Assembly (NCBI GenBank): GCA_965247095.1
Contig: OZ251997.1
Coordinates: 2,208,001-2,272,000, forward strand
DNA from: Candidatus Multivorans sp.
GTDB taxonomy: Bacteria; Acidobacteriota; Thermoanaerobaculia; Multivoradales; Multivoraceae
Reading direction: 5' to 3'
Length of the DNA stretch: 64,000 nucleotides
A program made the position numbers and the translations under genes. The notes beneath the pieces were generated by a model. The model saw only the letters and a list, made by a program, of their open reading frames with translations. It searched no databases and was not told the origin of the DNA. Positions 37,160 to 46,656 of the stretch are shown piece by piece (within the stretch, counting starts at the first letter, position 1; each line of letters opens with the position of its first letter).

Positions 37160-38317
37160 TCACCGAGGAGTCCTGCCATACCGCCCAAGCTCAGCTTCAA
37201 GCTCCTCCGACATGACCTCGCCGTCGTGGAAGAGCAGCCGGTAGCGCAGCCGTACCTCCCCGCCGGCGGCAACCGTCCAGTCCCCCGTGCCCTTCTCCGC
37301 CTTCTCGAAGTCGTGGACGCCGAAGGGGTTGGCGGCGAACAGGCCGTAGGCGCGAGCGTGCCACCAGGTCGGATGACGGAAGTTCTCCGGGTGGTCGAAG
37401 ATCGCGATGCCCACGGGCTTGCCGTCGACGGGGCCGCTGTAGTGGACCCAGGCGGCGCGCTTGCCCCACACCGCGGCGCCTTCGACGCCCTCGCTGTTCC
37501 GCATCGAGCCGGCGGCGTGTTCGCCATCGTGCCGAAGGGTAGGTGCGACGCGGATTGCCATCGTGCCTTCCTTGGTGTCGCCGAGGACGACCGCCGCGTC
37601 GCCGGCCCGTAGACGGATGTCGAAGTCGATCGCCCACCAGGCCTGACCGGAAGCGAAGGCGCCGGCGCGGAAGGTCATTGTCCGTTCTTCGTGGAGAAGC
37701 TCCTCGCCGCCGGGGGCGATCCACGAGTTCGAGGTGCGCAGCACGCCGACCGCACCCGACTCCACCGCGAGGATCTCCCGGTGGACGATCGCCGATCCGT
37801 CGCGGCCGGTCCAGAAGTCGTGGCGCTTGGAGCCGTCGGTCGGGCCGACCGCGCCGTGAGCGAACCACAGGGAGCGGTGATGCGGGTGGTCCTGCTCCTC
37901 GCCTTCCGCCTCGGACATCGGCCAGTTGCGGGTCAGCGCCTGTCCGCCGGGGCCGTAAACCGGGTAGAGGTAGGGCAGGTGGCCGCCGCCGTCCGCCTGG
38001 CCGCCGGGGCGGTACTCGGTGAAGGGTTTGCCGTCGACGGCGACCAGGATGCGGTCGCCGCCGCGCCGGGCCAGTTCGATCTGGGGGCTGGACTCTTCTG
38101 CTGCGACGGGCACGGGAGCGGCGAGTGCACAGAACAGAAAACTGAGGGTCGCGGCGAGAAGCAGATAGCCGGCGCTCTGCGCCGGATGCGGGCGAGACGC
38201 CCGGGTGTCATCCGTGCGCCCGATGACGGCCGCCCGGACTGGTTCGCGGGTGGCGCGGGATCGCGCCACCCGGGTTCCCAAGGGTGCGCGCTCCGCGTCG
38301 GAATAGAGCCGTCTCAT
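37160..38317 (-). CDS. Secreted DUF6807/'PmoA-family' carbohydrate-related protein
   Basis: PYLYPV, DHPHHRSLWF, GDTKEG, WGKRA.W, WHARAYGLFAANPFG; GAGGAG RBS. Confidence 0.85.
   Translation of the reverse strand: MRRLYSDAERAPLGTRVARSRATREPVRAAVIGRTDDTRASRPHPAQSAGYLLLAATLSFLFCALAAPVPVAAEESSPQIELARRGGDRILVAVDGKPFTEYRPGGQADGGGHLPYLYPVYGPGGQALTRNWPMSEAEGEEQDHPHHRSLWFAHGAVGPTDGSKRHDFWTGRDGSAIVHREILAVESGAVGVLRTSNSWIAPGGEELLHEERTMTFRAGAFASGQAWWAIDFDIRLRAGDAAVVLGDTKEGTMAIRVAPTLRHDGEHAAGSMRNSEGVEGAAVWGKRAAWVHYSGPVDGKPVGIAIFDHPENFRHPTWWHARAYGLFAANPFGVHDFEKAEKGTGDWTVAAGGEVRLRYRLLFHDGEVMSEELEAELGRYGRTPR
38167..38285 (-). repeat. Full-length composite REP-like element inside CDS 5' end
   Basis: Three hairpins GGGTGGCGCG..CGCGCCACCC, GTCATC..GATGAC, CGGGCG..CGCCCG; colinear with 61880-62005. 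Confidence 0.85.
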
Positions 38318-38369
38318 CGCCGCTCCTCTGCCGTCCTTCGTTGATCAGGGGAAGCCGCAGCATGGTACC

Positions 38370-39416
38370 GTGCCGCGGGTGAACCCCACCAAGTGGTCGG
38401 CAGTTCCATCGTTCCTCACCGGCGCGGCCTTGGCGCTTCTTCTGTGTGTGCTGGCGGTCGCCTCATGTGCCGATCCGGAGGCGGGAGAGGAAGCGGAAGT
38501 CTCAGAGCCCGAAGCCGTGAGTGAGAGACCGGCCGAAGTCCTCCGGGCACACCTGTTCGATGACGACGCCGACGGCCAAGCCGCCTTCGCCCGCATCAAG
38601 GAAAGCTTCGAGACGGCGAACCCCGGCTACGGGATGACCTTCCTGCCGGCTACCCGCGAGATCCCCGCCGAAGACACGAGCCGGCTCGTGTTCGTGCAGG
38701 CGCCGGTCGAGGAGGAACCCGCATCGGCCGAGATCCACACGACCTCCGGCGCCACCGCGATCGAACTGCACGTCGGCGACATCGCCGTGCTCCGCCCCGG
38801 CGACCGGCTGACCGTCGAGCCGGCGATCGCGGCGCTGGTCTTCGACGTGCCGGACGCGCCCGGAGACGGCGTACCGGCGGCGATCCGCCCCGACTGGGAC
38901 CCCGACATCACGGACGTTCCCGGCGGTTGCGCCACGGAGACGGGCGCCTACCGGCGCATCCTGCTGACCTGGCTCCAGCAGAACGGGCCCTACACGTACC
39001 ACGGCCTGAACGCCCACCGGGTTCGGATCACGGACTCCTTCACCCACTACCACCCGGTGGACACCGGCTTCGACGAGTTCTACCTGGTCCAGATGAGCAA
39101 CGACGCCGATCAACTGCTCACCAGCTACCACGCCGCGGACATCGAATCGCCGCAGACGATGACGCCCGAACTCGCGCAGCAGTTGTTCGATGTCCACGAC
39201 ATCCGCGCCGGCGACCTGATCTACCTCCCGCGCGGCGTGATTCACCGCGGCCTGGGCGGCGTGCTGGCGCAGGTGATCACGGTGCCCGGCTTCCGGCCCG
39301 GCGCCGAAATCGGCGTCGACCATCACCTGCTCGCGATCAACGAGCACCTCGGCCTCGAAGGCGAGGACGCCCTTCCCTACAACGTCGAGGCCTCGACCGA
39401 GGCCGTCGTCCGCTGA
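38370..39416 (+). CDS. Putative lipoprotein with cupin-like domain
   Basis: VASC lipobox; FTHYHP..FDEFY and GDLIYLPRGVIHRG cupin motifs. Confidence 0.7.
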   Translation: MPRVNPTKWSAVPSFLTGAALALLLCVLAVASCADPEAGEEAEVSEPEAVSERPAEVLRAHLFDDDADGQAAFARIKESFETANPGYGMTFLPATREIPAEDTSRLVFVQAPVEEEPASAEIHTTSGATAIELHVGDIAVLRPGDRLTVEPAIAALVFDVPDAPGDGVPAAIRPDWDPDITDVPGGCATETGAYRRILLTWLQQNGPYTYHGLNAHRVRITDSFTHYHPVDTGFDEFYLVQMSNDADQLLTSYHAADIESPQTMTPELAQQLFDVHDIRAGDLIYLPRGVIHRGLGGVLAQVITVPGFRPGAEIGVDHHLLAINEHLGLEGEDALPYNVEASTEAVVR

Positions 39417-39477
39417 CGCCTCGCGGCGCCCACGGTCCGAGCCCGACGACCTTGAGTCCAACCGAGGATCCGGGCGC

Positions 39478-41172
39478 ATGAAGCAAACCTCCGACACGCA
39501 AACGTACGGCGCGATCGTCGTCGGCTCCGGCGCCACCGGCGGCTGGACCGCCAAGGTGATGACCGAGGCCGGTATGGATGTCCTGATGCTGGAGGCGGGC
39601 CGCGCCTTCGACCCGGACAAGGACTTCCGGGAGCACACGCTGCCGCACGACATGGAACTTCGCGGCCGTCCCGACCCGCGCAACGAGTTGCTGCAGCGCC
39701 GGCGCCGCCAGTCGTACTGCTACGCCTGCACCGAGGTGAACGCGGACTTCTTCATCGACGACGTCGACAACCCCTACACCGAGGCCCCGGGGACTCATTT
39801 CAACTGGATTCAGGGCAACGTGGTCGGCGGCCGGTCGATCATGTGGGCGCGGCAGTCGTACCGGATGAGCGACTACGACTTCAAGGCCGCGAGCATGGAC
39901 GGCTACGGCATGGACTGGCCGATCAGCTACGCGGAGATCTCCCCCTACTACGACCGGATCGAGCGCTACATCGGCGTCAACGGCCGCAAGGAGGGACTCG
40001 AGGTCCTGCCCGACGGCGATTTCCTACCGCCGATGGCCTTCAGTTGCGGCGAGGTGATGCTGAAGGAGACCCTGGCGACCAAGTTCAACCGGCCGATGAC
40101 GATCGGCCGCAACGCGGTCCTGACCCGCCGTCACAACAACCGCGACGCCTGCCACTACTGCGGTCCCTGCCACTACGGCTGCCGGACGAACTCCTATTTC
40201 AACTCGCCGCAGACTACTCTCGTCGACTGCGAAGAGACGGGCCGCTTCACGCTGGTGCCGGACGCGGTCGTCACCCAGGTCGACATGGAGGCGGGCAACG
40301 TCGCCTCGGGCGTCACCTACGTCGACAAGAACACGAACCAGACCCGGGAGGCCAAGGCCGATGTCGTCGTCCTGTGCGCCTCGACCCTGGCTTCGACCCG
40401 CATCCTCCTCAACTCCGCCGAGGGCGGCCTCGCCAACGAGAGCGACTGCCTGGGCCGCTACGTGATGGACCACATCTACGCAACCGGTGTCCGCGGCACC
40501 CTGGAAGCACGCGCAGGCGCTCCCGCGGAGCGGGCCAATCGGCCGAACGGCATCTACGTACCGCGCTTCCAGAACCTGAAGGATCCGGCGACGAAGAGGT
40601 CGGCCTACATCCGGGGCTACGGCTACCAGGGCGGCGAGTCGATCACCACCTGGCAGCACGGCAACTCCCTGCCCGGCTTCGGCGCCGACTTCAAGAAAAA
40701 CGTCGAGTCGAGCACGGTCTCGAGCATCGGCCTCGGAGGCTTCGGCGAGATCCTTCCCCGGGCCGACAACCGCGTCTCGCTCGACCCGGAGAAGACGGAC
40801 AAGTGGGGGGTGCCGGTCCTGCAGATGAACTGCACCCTCGGCAGCAACGAGTACGCCATGGTGCAGGACATCATCGAGGAAGGCCGGGCCATGCTGGAGG
40901 CGCTCGGCTGCACGAACATCACCCAGAACACCGAACCGGCGCCGATTGGCTCGGGCATCCACGAGGTCGGCACTGCGCGCATGGGCGACGATCCGAAGAC
41001 GTCCTACCTCAACCAGTACCAGCAGTCGCACACGGTGAAGAACCTGTTCGTGATGGACGGCGCCTGCTACGTCAGCGTCGGCTGCGTGAACCCGACCCTG
41101 ACCATGATGTCGCTGGCGCTGCGCTCGACGGAGTATCTGGTCGAACAGCACAAGCGCGGAGAACTCGCATGA
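39478..41172 (+). CDS. GMC-family FAD oxidoreductase (sugar dehydrogenase flavoprotein)
   Basis: VGSGATGG, VGGRSIMW, CHYCGPC..GC, IHEVGTARMG, VNPTLT. Confidence 0.92.
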   Translation: MKQTSDTQTYGAIVVGSGATGGWTAKVMTEAGMDVLMLEAGRAFDPDKDFREHTLPHDMELRGRPDPRNELLQRRRRQSYCYACTEVNADFFIDDVDNPYTEAPGTHFNWIQGNVVGGRSIMWARQSYRMSDYDFKAASMDGYGMDWPISYAEISPYYDRIERYIGVNGRKEGLEVLPDGDFLPPMAFSCGEVMLKETLATKFNRPMTIGRNAVLTRRHNNRDACHYCGPCHYGCRTNSYFNSPQTTLVDCEETGRFTLVPDAVVTQVDMEAGNVASGVTYVDKNTNQTREAKADVVVLCASTLASTRILLNSAEGGLANESDCLGRYVMDHIYATGVRGTLEARAGAPAERANRPNGIYVPRFQNLKDPATKRSAYIRGYGYQGGESITTWQHGNSLPGFGADFKKNVESSTVSSIGLGGFGEILPRADNRVSLDPEKTDKWGVPVLQMNCTLGSNEYAMVQDIIEEGRAMLEALGCTNITQNTEPAPIGSGIHEVGTARMGDDPKTSYLNQYQQSHTVKNLFVMDGACYVSVGCVNPTLTMMSLALRSTEYLVEQHKRGELA

Positions 41173-41756
41173 GCAAGCAGACGACGAGACGGAAGGTCCT
41201 GGCAGCCGGCGCGGGCGTGTTCGGATACGCCACCCTGCAAGCCGAGCCGATTCGCGCCGCGATCCCGGCGCTGGCCGCGTACCAGGCCGAGGGCGCCGGC
41301 TGGACACCGCGGATGCTGACTCCGGCCCAGGGAGAACTCCTGGCGACACTGTGCGAGCACATCCTGCCGCGCACGGATACGCCGGGCGCCCGGGACGCCG
41401 GCGTTCACGAGTACATCGACCTGGAACTCTCGCTCGCCAGCGGCGAGGATCAGCTCAAGGCAACCGGCGGCCTCGACTGGATCGACCGCCGGGCCGCCGA
41501 TCTGCACGGTTCGTCCTTTGTCGATCTGGACGCGGCGCGCCAGGTCGACATACTGCGCGAGATCAGCGACGAGCACATGGCGCACGCACCGGAACTCGTC
41601 GCCGGCGCCGCCTTCTTCAGCGACCTGAAGCGGCGCACCCTGTTCGCGTTCTACACCTCCAAGGTAGGCCGCACCGAGGCGCTCGGACTGCCGGATCGCG
41701 TGCGCGTCGAGCGCTTCCGCGGCTGCCAGCACGAGCCCGGCGCCGGGCACGGCTAG
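41169..41756 (+). CDS. Gluconate 2-dehydrogenase subunit 3-family (Tat) protein
   Basis: TRRKVL, ILPRTDTPGARDAGVHEYID, FF..LK..T..FYTS; ATGA overlap. Confidence 0.88.
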   Translation: MSKQTTRRKVLAAGAGVFGYATLQAEPIRAAIPALAAYQAEGAGWTPRMLTPAQGELLATLCEHILPRTDTPGARDAGVHEYIDLELSLASGEDQLKATGGLDWIDRRAADLHGSSFVDLDAARQVDILREISDEHMAHAPELVAGAAFFSDLKRRTLFAFYTSKVGRTEALGLPDRVRVERFRGCQHEPGAGHG

Positions 41757-41799
41757 CGCCGCCAAACCCGCCACGAAAATTCCAGCAAGGAGACCTGCG

Positions 41800-42666
41800 A
41801 TGTGTGACGAAAGAACGGATGCCGACAACACCACGTACCTGAGCGCGAAGCGGCTGACGCGCCGGGAGTTCGGGGCCGTCTCGGCAGGCGCCGGCCTGAC
41901 GATGCTGCTGCCCCGGCCGGCGAACGCCCAGGATGTCTCCGAATCCGAGATCGAGGTTGAGACCCCCGACGGCGTGTGCGACAGCTACTTCGTGCACCCC
42001 GCAAGCGGGGCCCATCCTGGCGTCCTCATCTGGCCGGACGCCTTCGGCCTGCGGCCGGCGATGCAGCAGATGGCCAGGCGGCTCGCGGAATCGGGCCACT
42101 CGGTCCTGGTGGTCAACCAGTACTACCGGACGCAGAAGGCGCCCATCGTGGAATCGACGGACTTCGGCGCCGCGCGCGACACGCTGATGCCGCTGATGAG
42201 GTCGCTCAACGCGGACACCAACGTGCGGGATGCGAAGGCGTTCGTGAGCTTCCTGGACAGCCAGTCGTCGGTCGACAACGACCGGAAGATGGGGACGATG
42301 GGCTACTGCATGGGCGGTCCCATGACGATGCGGACGGCCGCCGCGGTGCCCGACCGGATCGGCGCCGGCGCGTCGTTCCACGGCGGCGGCCTCGTGACCG
42401 ACCAGCCCGACAGTCCGCACCTCCTGGTGCCGCAGATGAAGGCGCACTACCTGTTCGCGATCGCCGAGAACGACGACCAGAGACAGCCCGAGGCCAAGGA
42501 CGCACTGCGCGAGGCCTTCGAGGCGGCCGGCCTGCCGGCAGAGATCGAGGTGTACGAGGGCGCAATGCACGGCTGGTGCCCGCCCGACACGCAGGTCTAC
42601 AACGAGGCCCAGGCGGAGCGGGCATGGCGCCGCCTCCTCGCCCTGTTCGAGAGCGCCCTGGCGTAA
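41800..42666 (+). CDS. Dienelactone hydrolase-family protein (Tat)
   Basis: TRREF, WPDAFGLRP, GYCMGG nucleophile, HGW. Confidence 0.9.
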   Translation: MCDERTDADNTTYLSAKRLTRREFGAVSAGAGLTMLLPRPANAQDVSESEIEVETPDGVCDSYFVHPASGAHPGVLIWPDAFGLRPAMQQMARRLAESGHSVLVVNQYYRTQKAPIVESTDFGAARDTLMPLMRSLNADTNVRDAKAFVSFLDSQSSVDNDRKMGTMGYCMGGPMTMRTAAAVPDRIGAGASFHGGGLVTDQPDSPHLLVPQMKAHYLFAIAENDDQRQPEAKDALREAFEAAGLPAEIEVYEGAMHGWCPPDTQVYNEAQAERAWRRLLALFESALA

Positions 42667-42735
42667 CACGAGCCGGCGGTTTGCGGTCAGCCCGCGACGA
42701 CGGCTGAACCGTCGGCCGCCCCAACCGCCAACACG

Positions 42736-43365
42736 ATGATCACGATCTACCACGTCCCGAGGACCCGTTCGGCCCGTGTCATCTGGCTGTGCGAAGAGCT
42801 CGGCCTGCCCTACGAAGTCGTGCCGGTCGACTTCCAGTCGGACTACCGAAAGACCCCCGAGTGGCGGCGGCTCAACCCGATCGGCAAGGTGCCGGCGATG
42901 ACCGACCTCGACCAGGACGGCGACCTCTTCTCGATGTTCGAGTCGGGCGCGATGGTCCACTACATCCTGGAGCGCTACGGCGGCGGCCGCCTGCAGCCCG
43001 CCGCCGGCACGCCCAAGAGCGCCATCTTCCTGCAGTGGTCGTGGTTCGCCGAGGCGAGCCTGGCGCGCCCGCTCGGCGACATGGTCCACCACCGCATCCT
43101 CAAGCCGGAGGCGGAGCGCATCGCCGCCGTCGTCGAGGACGGGCGGGCGCGGACCGAAATCTGCCTCGACGCCGTCGAGGCGGCGCTCGAGGATCGCGAC
43201 TACCTGCTGGGCAGCGAGTTGACGGCCGCCGACATCATGATGGGCTACTCGCTGGCTCTGGCGCAGCGCATGGGGGTGCTGGACGATCGGTACCCGAAGC
43301 TCCTCGCCTACCTGGGCCGGCTCGAAGCCCGGCCGGGGTTCCAGATCGCCTTCGCTGCCCCTTAG
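42736..43365 (+). CDS. Glutathione S-transferase
   Basis: TRSARVIWLCEELG, NPIGKVP, FESGA, TAADIMMG. Confidence 0.92.
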   Translation: MITIYHVPRTRSARVIWLCEELGLPYEVVPVDFQSDYRKTPEWRRLNPIGKVPAMTDLDQDGDLFSMFESGAMVHYILERYGGGRLQPAAGTPKSAIFLQWSWFAEASLARPLGDMVHHRILKPEAERIAAVVEDGRARTEICLDAVEAALEDRDYLLGSELTAADIMMGYSLALAQRMGVLDDRYPKLLAYLGRLEARPGFQIAFAAP

Positions 43366-43393
43366 TCCGATGACCCGGCGCGGCCGGAGCGCG

Positions 43394-43888
43394 TCACTCG
43401 GACGTGAGCCAGGGACGACGCCCCGGCTCCATCACCATGTCCCCTCCGCCGCCCTTCCGCTCGGCCAATGGGTGCCGCCAGCGCAACCCCTCAAAGCGCG
43501 CAAAGTCGCGATCCGCCGTCGCCAGTTCGCACCCGGCCTCCATGACGATCGCCGCGAGGTAGGCATCGGCCACGAGCTTGGCGCCAACCACATGGCGTCT
43601 GCACAAATCTTCGAAGATCTGCCAGTGCCCCGGACCCGGTCGAACACGAACACACTGCGGAGGCGCCAACAGTGTGGCAGTGCTGGTGAGCGCGTCGCGG
43701 ATTCCGGTCGGCTTCGCAAAGATCCGACCATTGGTCACGATTCTCACGAACGAACTCAGCACCATCTCCGACATGCCGAAGGCGGGACCCGAGTTCACCA
43801 ACCGGTCAAGCCACTCCCGGTACGGTTCATGCTCGTCCATGTCCGCGCGGTGTGCGTAGACGAGCACGTTGACGTCAGGAACGATCAA
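43394..43888 (-). CDS. vapC: VapC PIN-domain toxin
   Basis: MIVPDVNVLVYAH, FVRIVTN, VADAYLAA, TADRDFARF. Confidence 0.92.
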   Translation of the reverse strand: MIVPDVNVLVYAHRADMDEHEPYREWLDRLVNSGPAFGMSEMVLSSFVRIVTNGRIFAKPTGIRDALTSTATLLAPPQCVRVRPGPGHWQIFEDLCRRHVVGAKLVADAYLAAIVMEAGCELATADRDFARFEGLRWRHPLAERKGGGGDMVMEPGRRPWLTSE

Positions 43889-44141
43889 TCGATTCCAGGA
43901 AGCGCTCGCAGTCCATGAGGTCGAGCACGTCGGTCAGCCGATCGCTCCTGATTCCGGGACGCAGTCCGCCTTCTCCGCCGGTGATCAGCTCGACACGCTT
44001 CGCCGGCGCCCGCCGCTCACCTCGTGCGAGCACCTCTCGAAGCCCCTCGTCGATGAGAGACGTGAGCGTCCGCCCCGTGCGGGCCGCATGCCGCTTCGCT
44101 TCCGCCAGCAGTTCGTCGTCGAGCCGTACAGTGGTGCGCAT
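43875..44141 (-). CDS. vapB: VapB ribbon-helix-helix antitoxin
   Basis: MRTTVRLDDELLAEAKRHAARTGRTLTSLIDEGLR; overlaps vapC. Confidence 0.9.
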   Translation of the reverse strand: MRTTVRLDDELLAEAKRHAARTGRTLTSLIDEGLREVLARGERRAPAKRVELITGGEGGLRPGIRSDRLTDVLDLMDCERFLESIDRS

Positions 44142-44147
44142 GCAACT

Positions 44148-44176
44148 AGCCTACACTCCAGTATGTCGGTATGTCT
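44148..44176 (-). promoter_or_regulatory. Putative vapBC -10 box and operator repeats
   Basis: Reverse strand GACATAC x2, then TAGGCT 6 nt before ATG. Confidence 0.5.
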
Positions 44177-44232
44177 AGAAGTGCCCGACCTTCGTCGCGC
44201 CCCCCGGGCGATGCCGGCGCTATGGCCCGCAC

Positions 44233-45321
44233 TCACCGGTCAGCGAAGAGTTCCCGTTGCCCCGCAGGCTCCGTCATCGCCCGGACCCTAGCCGCCGACA
44301 GCGGCTCTGGCGACACGACGTAAAGGTACTCCTTGTTCCGCAAATGGCTCACCCGGCCGACCTTCTTGCCGCTCGGGTTGAAGACGCCGATCTGGGCACC
44401 GACGTAGCGCTTGTAGTCGTTCTCGATGACCACGACCTCGCCTCTTCGCTGCAAGAGAGCCTCCATCTCTTCACGTCCGATGAACCCCTCATCGCTGAAT
44501 GAAACAACCAGGTACGGAGCTCTAACCCGCTCGACTACCCTGGTCCAGGCGTCGCGAAAGTGCCTCTTGCTATTGAAAGCGCTCTTCCGTTCCCGGCAGT
44601 CAATCCGCTTGCAGGCAATGCCGTAGTACTCCGGCTTGTCCCAGAGGGTCAGAGTCTCCCAGATGTGGTAGTTTCCCAGGAAGCTGTGCTGATTGTAGGG
44701 AGGATCCAAGTAGGCGACATCTGCCTCTAGTCCATCCACCGCCTCGACAGTGTCCATCCGGTGCGCCTTGCCCTTCCCTGCCTCGGCGCGCGGCGCAATC
44801 TCCGGTAGCCGAAGCTCCAAGTCGTTGAAGGCCCTTGGAGCCCATTGCTTGAGGTAGGCCATCTGAACGCCCGTGGTACTGTCGACCCGATCCGCCGCCT
44901 CCATCAACGAAACCAACACGATTGCTTCGAGTTCCGGATCCAGCCCCTTGTGCCCAATTTCTTCCCGGATCGCATCAACGCGCGCACCGTTCCTAGGCTG
45001 AAAGTACCGACTCTTCTCACAAAACACTTCCGTGAAGTACCCTGCCGCCGGCCGAAGCCGGTTGAACTCGTCGATCAACAACCTGGCGTGCCGGAGCTGC
45101 TCGGGAGTGCCGTCTGCCTCGACGTAGCACCGAGCGATCGCCTCACCACAGGCTAGGTAGTCGTTCGCGAGCACTCGGTACTGCCTTCTCTTCAAGGCGG
45201 TTCCTACCCTTGACGTACCGGAGAATAGGTCCAGCACGGTACAGGCCTTCCGGAGCTGCTGAAGGACAGTGACAATTGCGGGAACGAGCTTCCTCTTGGA
45301 GCCAATGTACTTGATCGGCAT
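44233..45321 (-). CDS. Orphan DNA adenine methyltransferase (D12 class)
   Basis: IKYIGSKRKL, DLFSGT, YLDPPYN. Confidence 0.9.
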   Translation of the reverse strand: MPIKYIGSKRKLVPAIVTVLQQLRKACTVLDLFSGTSRVGTALKRRQYRVLANDYLACGEAIARCYVEADGTPEQLRHARLLIDEFNRLRPAAGYFTEVFCEKSRYFQPRNGARVDAIREEIGHKGLDPELEAIVLVSLMEAADRVDSTTGVQMAYLKQWAPRAFNDLELRLPEIAPRAEAGKGKAHRMDTVEAVDGLEADVAYLDPPYNQHSFLGNYHIWETLTLWDKPEYYGIACKRIDCRERKSAFNSKRHFRDAWTRVVERVRAPYLVVSFSDEGFIGREEMEALLQRRGEVVVIENDYKRYVGAQIGVFNPSGKKVGRVSHLRNKEYLYVVSPEPLSAARVRAMTEPAGQRELFADR

Positions 45322-45356
45322 GCGATGGCGCGCGTTGCCAGCGCCGTCCCGCCGCG

Positions 45357-46655
45357 CTACCGGTCCGAGACGTCGTAGGCCAGCAGCTCTCCCCAGTTGT
45401 GGATGTAGAGCACGCCGTTGCTGACCACCGGGTGAGCCCAACTCGGCTCGCCGTGATCCTCCAACTCAAAGCGGCCCCGCTCCCGATAGCCGACGGGGGT
45501 CGCCTCGGCCAGACCGGCGAGGTGTCTCTCGCCGACCAGGAACAGCTTGCCGTCAGCGAGGGTCAACGAGCCCTTGCCGACGCTGCGGTCCCGCCACACG
45601 ATCCTTCCGGTCTTGAAGTCGACGCAGGCCAGGGCGCGGCCGAAGAAGCCGTACAGGTGGCCCTCGTACAGGACCACGCCACCGTGGTGATTCTGGAGAC
45701 TCGACTCGAACCACACCTGTCCGGTGCTGACGTTGTCGCCGGCCACTCGCACCCGGAGCGCGCCGCCGCCGGTGCCGTAGGCGGAGGTGTAGAAGACGAG
45801 ACCGTCCGAGTAGATCGGCGTCGCCGCGTTCGCGGTCCGGTTCGACGGCTCGCGGTAGTGCCACAGCAGCTCACCGTCCGCGGCGCGCACGCCGACCCCC
45901 GCACGGGCCGTGAAGCCCACGATCACGCGCAGCGACTCGGCGCCATCTTCGAGGTCGACGGCGACCAGAGAGGAGTAGCCGGCACGGTCGGTCAAACCGG
46001 AACTGGTCCAGACCGTCTCCCCCGTTTCCCGGTCGAGCGCCGCGATGGCACCCTGGTCGCCGCCGGGCATCACCACCACCCAGTCGCCCTCGATCAACGG
46101 CGACTCGCTGATGCCCCAACCGATGTTGCGCTGGTCGAAGTCGTCCAGGATGTTGCGCTGCCAGCGCACAGACCCGTCGGCGAGCGCGATTCGCGCCAGT
46201 TCACCCATCCCGGTCAGCGCGTAGAGCGAGTCGCCGGTCACCGTCGGCGTACCGCGCGGGCCGTTGCCCCGGCTGTCGCGGAGACGCGGGCCGAGTTCGC
46301 GCTCCCAGCGGACGCCGCCGCCGGCCGCATCGAGTGCGAACACCACGCTTCGCCCGCTTCGACTGCCCTGGGCGTAGATCGTCCCGTCGGAGACGGCCAC
46401 CGAGCCGTAGCCTTCGCCCAGACCATCCACTCGCCAGAGCAGAGGCGGACCGCTCGCGGGCCAGCGGTCCGCGAGACCAGTCTCCGTCGACACGCCGTCC
46501 CGATGCGGCCCACGCCACTGCGGCCAATCATCGGCAACGGCGGGCTCGGGGACGGCCGAGACGAACAGCAGGAAGGCGACCGCTCCGATGACCACTCCTG
46601 AAGGCGGCCGCCCGAAACTGAAACTGAAGGAGGACTCGAGCATCGGTGCCCGCAC
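45357..46655 (-). CDS. Secreted PQQ-binding-like beta-propeller protein
   Basis: DWPQWRGP.RDG, repeated G...W blades, WAHPVV. Confidence 0.88.
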   Translation of the reverse strand: MRAPMLESSFSFSFGRPPSGVVIGAVAFLLFVSAVPEPAVADDWPQWRGPHRDGVSTETGLADRWPASGPPLLWRVDGLGEGYGSVAVSDGTIYAQGSRSGRSVVFALDAAGGGVRWERELGPRLRDSRGNGPRGTPTVTGDSLYALTGMGELARIALADGSVRWQRNILDDFDQRNIGWGISESPLIEGDWVVVMPGGDQGAIAALDRETGETVWTSSGLTDRAGYSSLVAVDLEDGAESLRVIVGFTARAGVGVRAADGELLWHYREPSNRTANAATPIYSDGLVFYTSAYGTGGGALRVRVAGDNVSTGQVWFESSLQNHHGGVVLYEGHLYGFFGRALACVDFKTGRIVWRDRSVGKGSLTLADGKLFLVGERHLAGLAEATPVGYRERGRFELEDHGEPSWAHPVVSNGVLYIHNWGELLAYDVSDR

Positions 46656-46656
46656 T

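Noticed and set aside
37160-38317. Particulate methane monooxygenase subunit PmoA
   Set aside because: Soluble secreted protein of the misleadingly named family; no multi-TM topology and no pmoB/pmoC
44233-45321. Complete restriction-modification system
   Set aside because: No endonuclease gene adjacent
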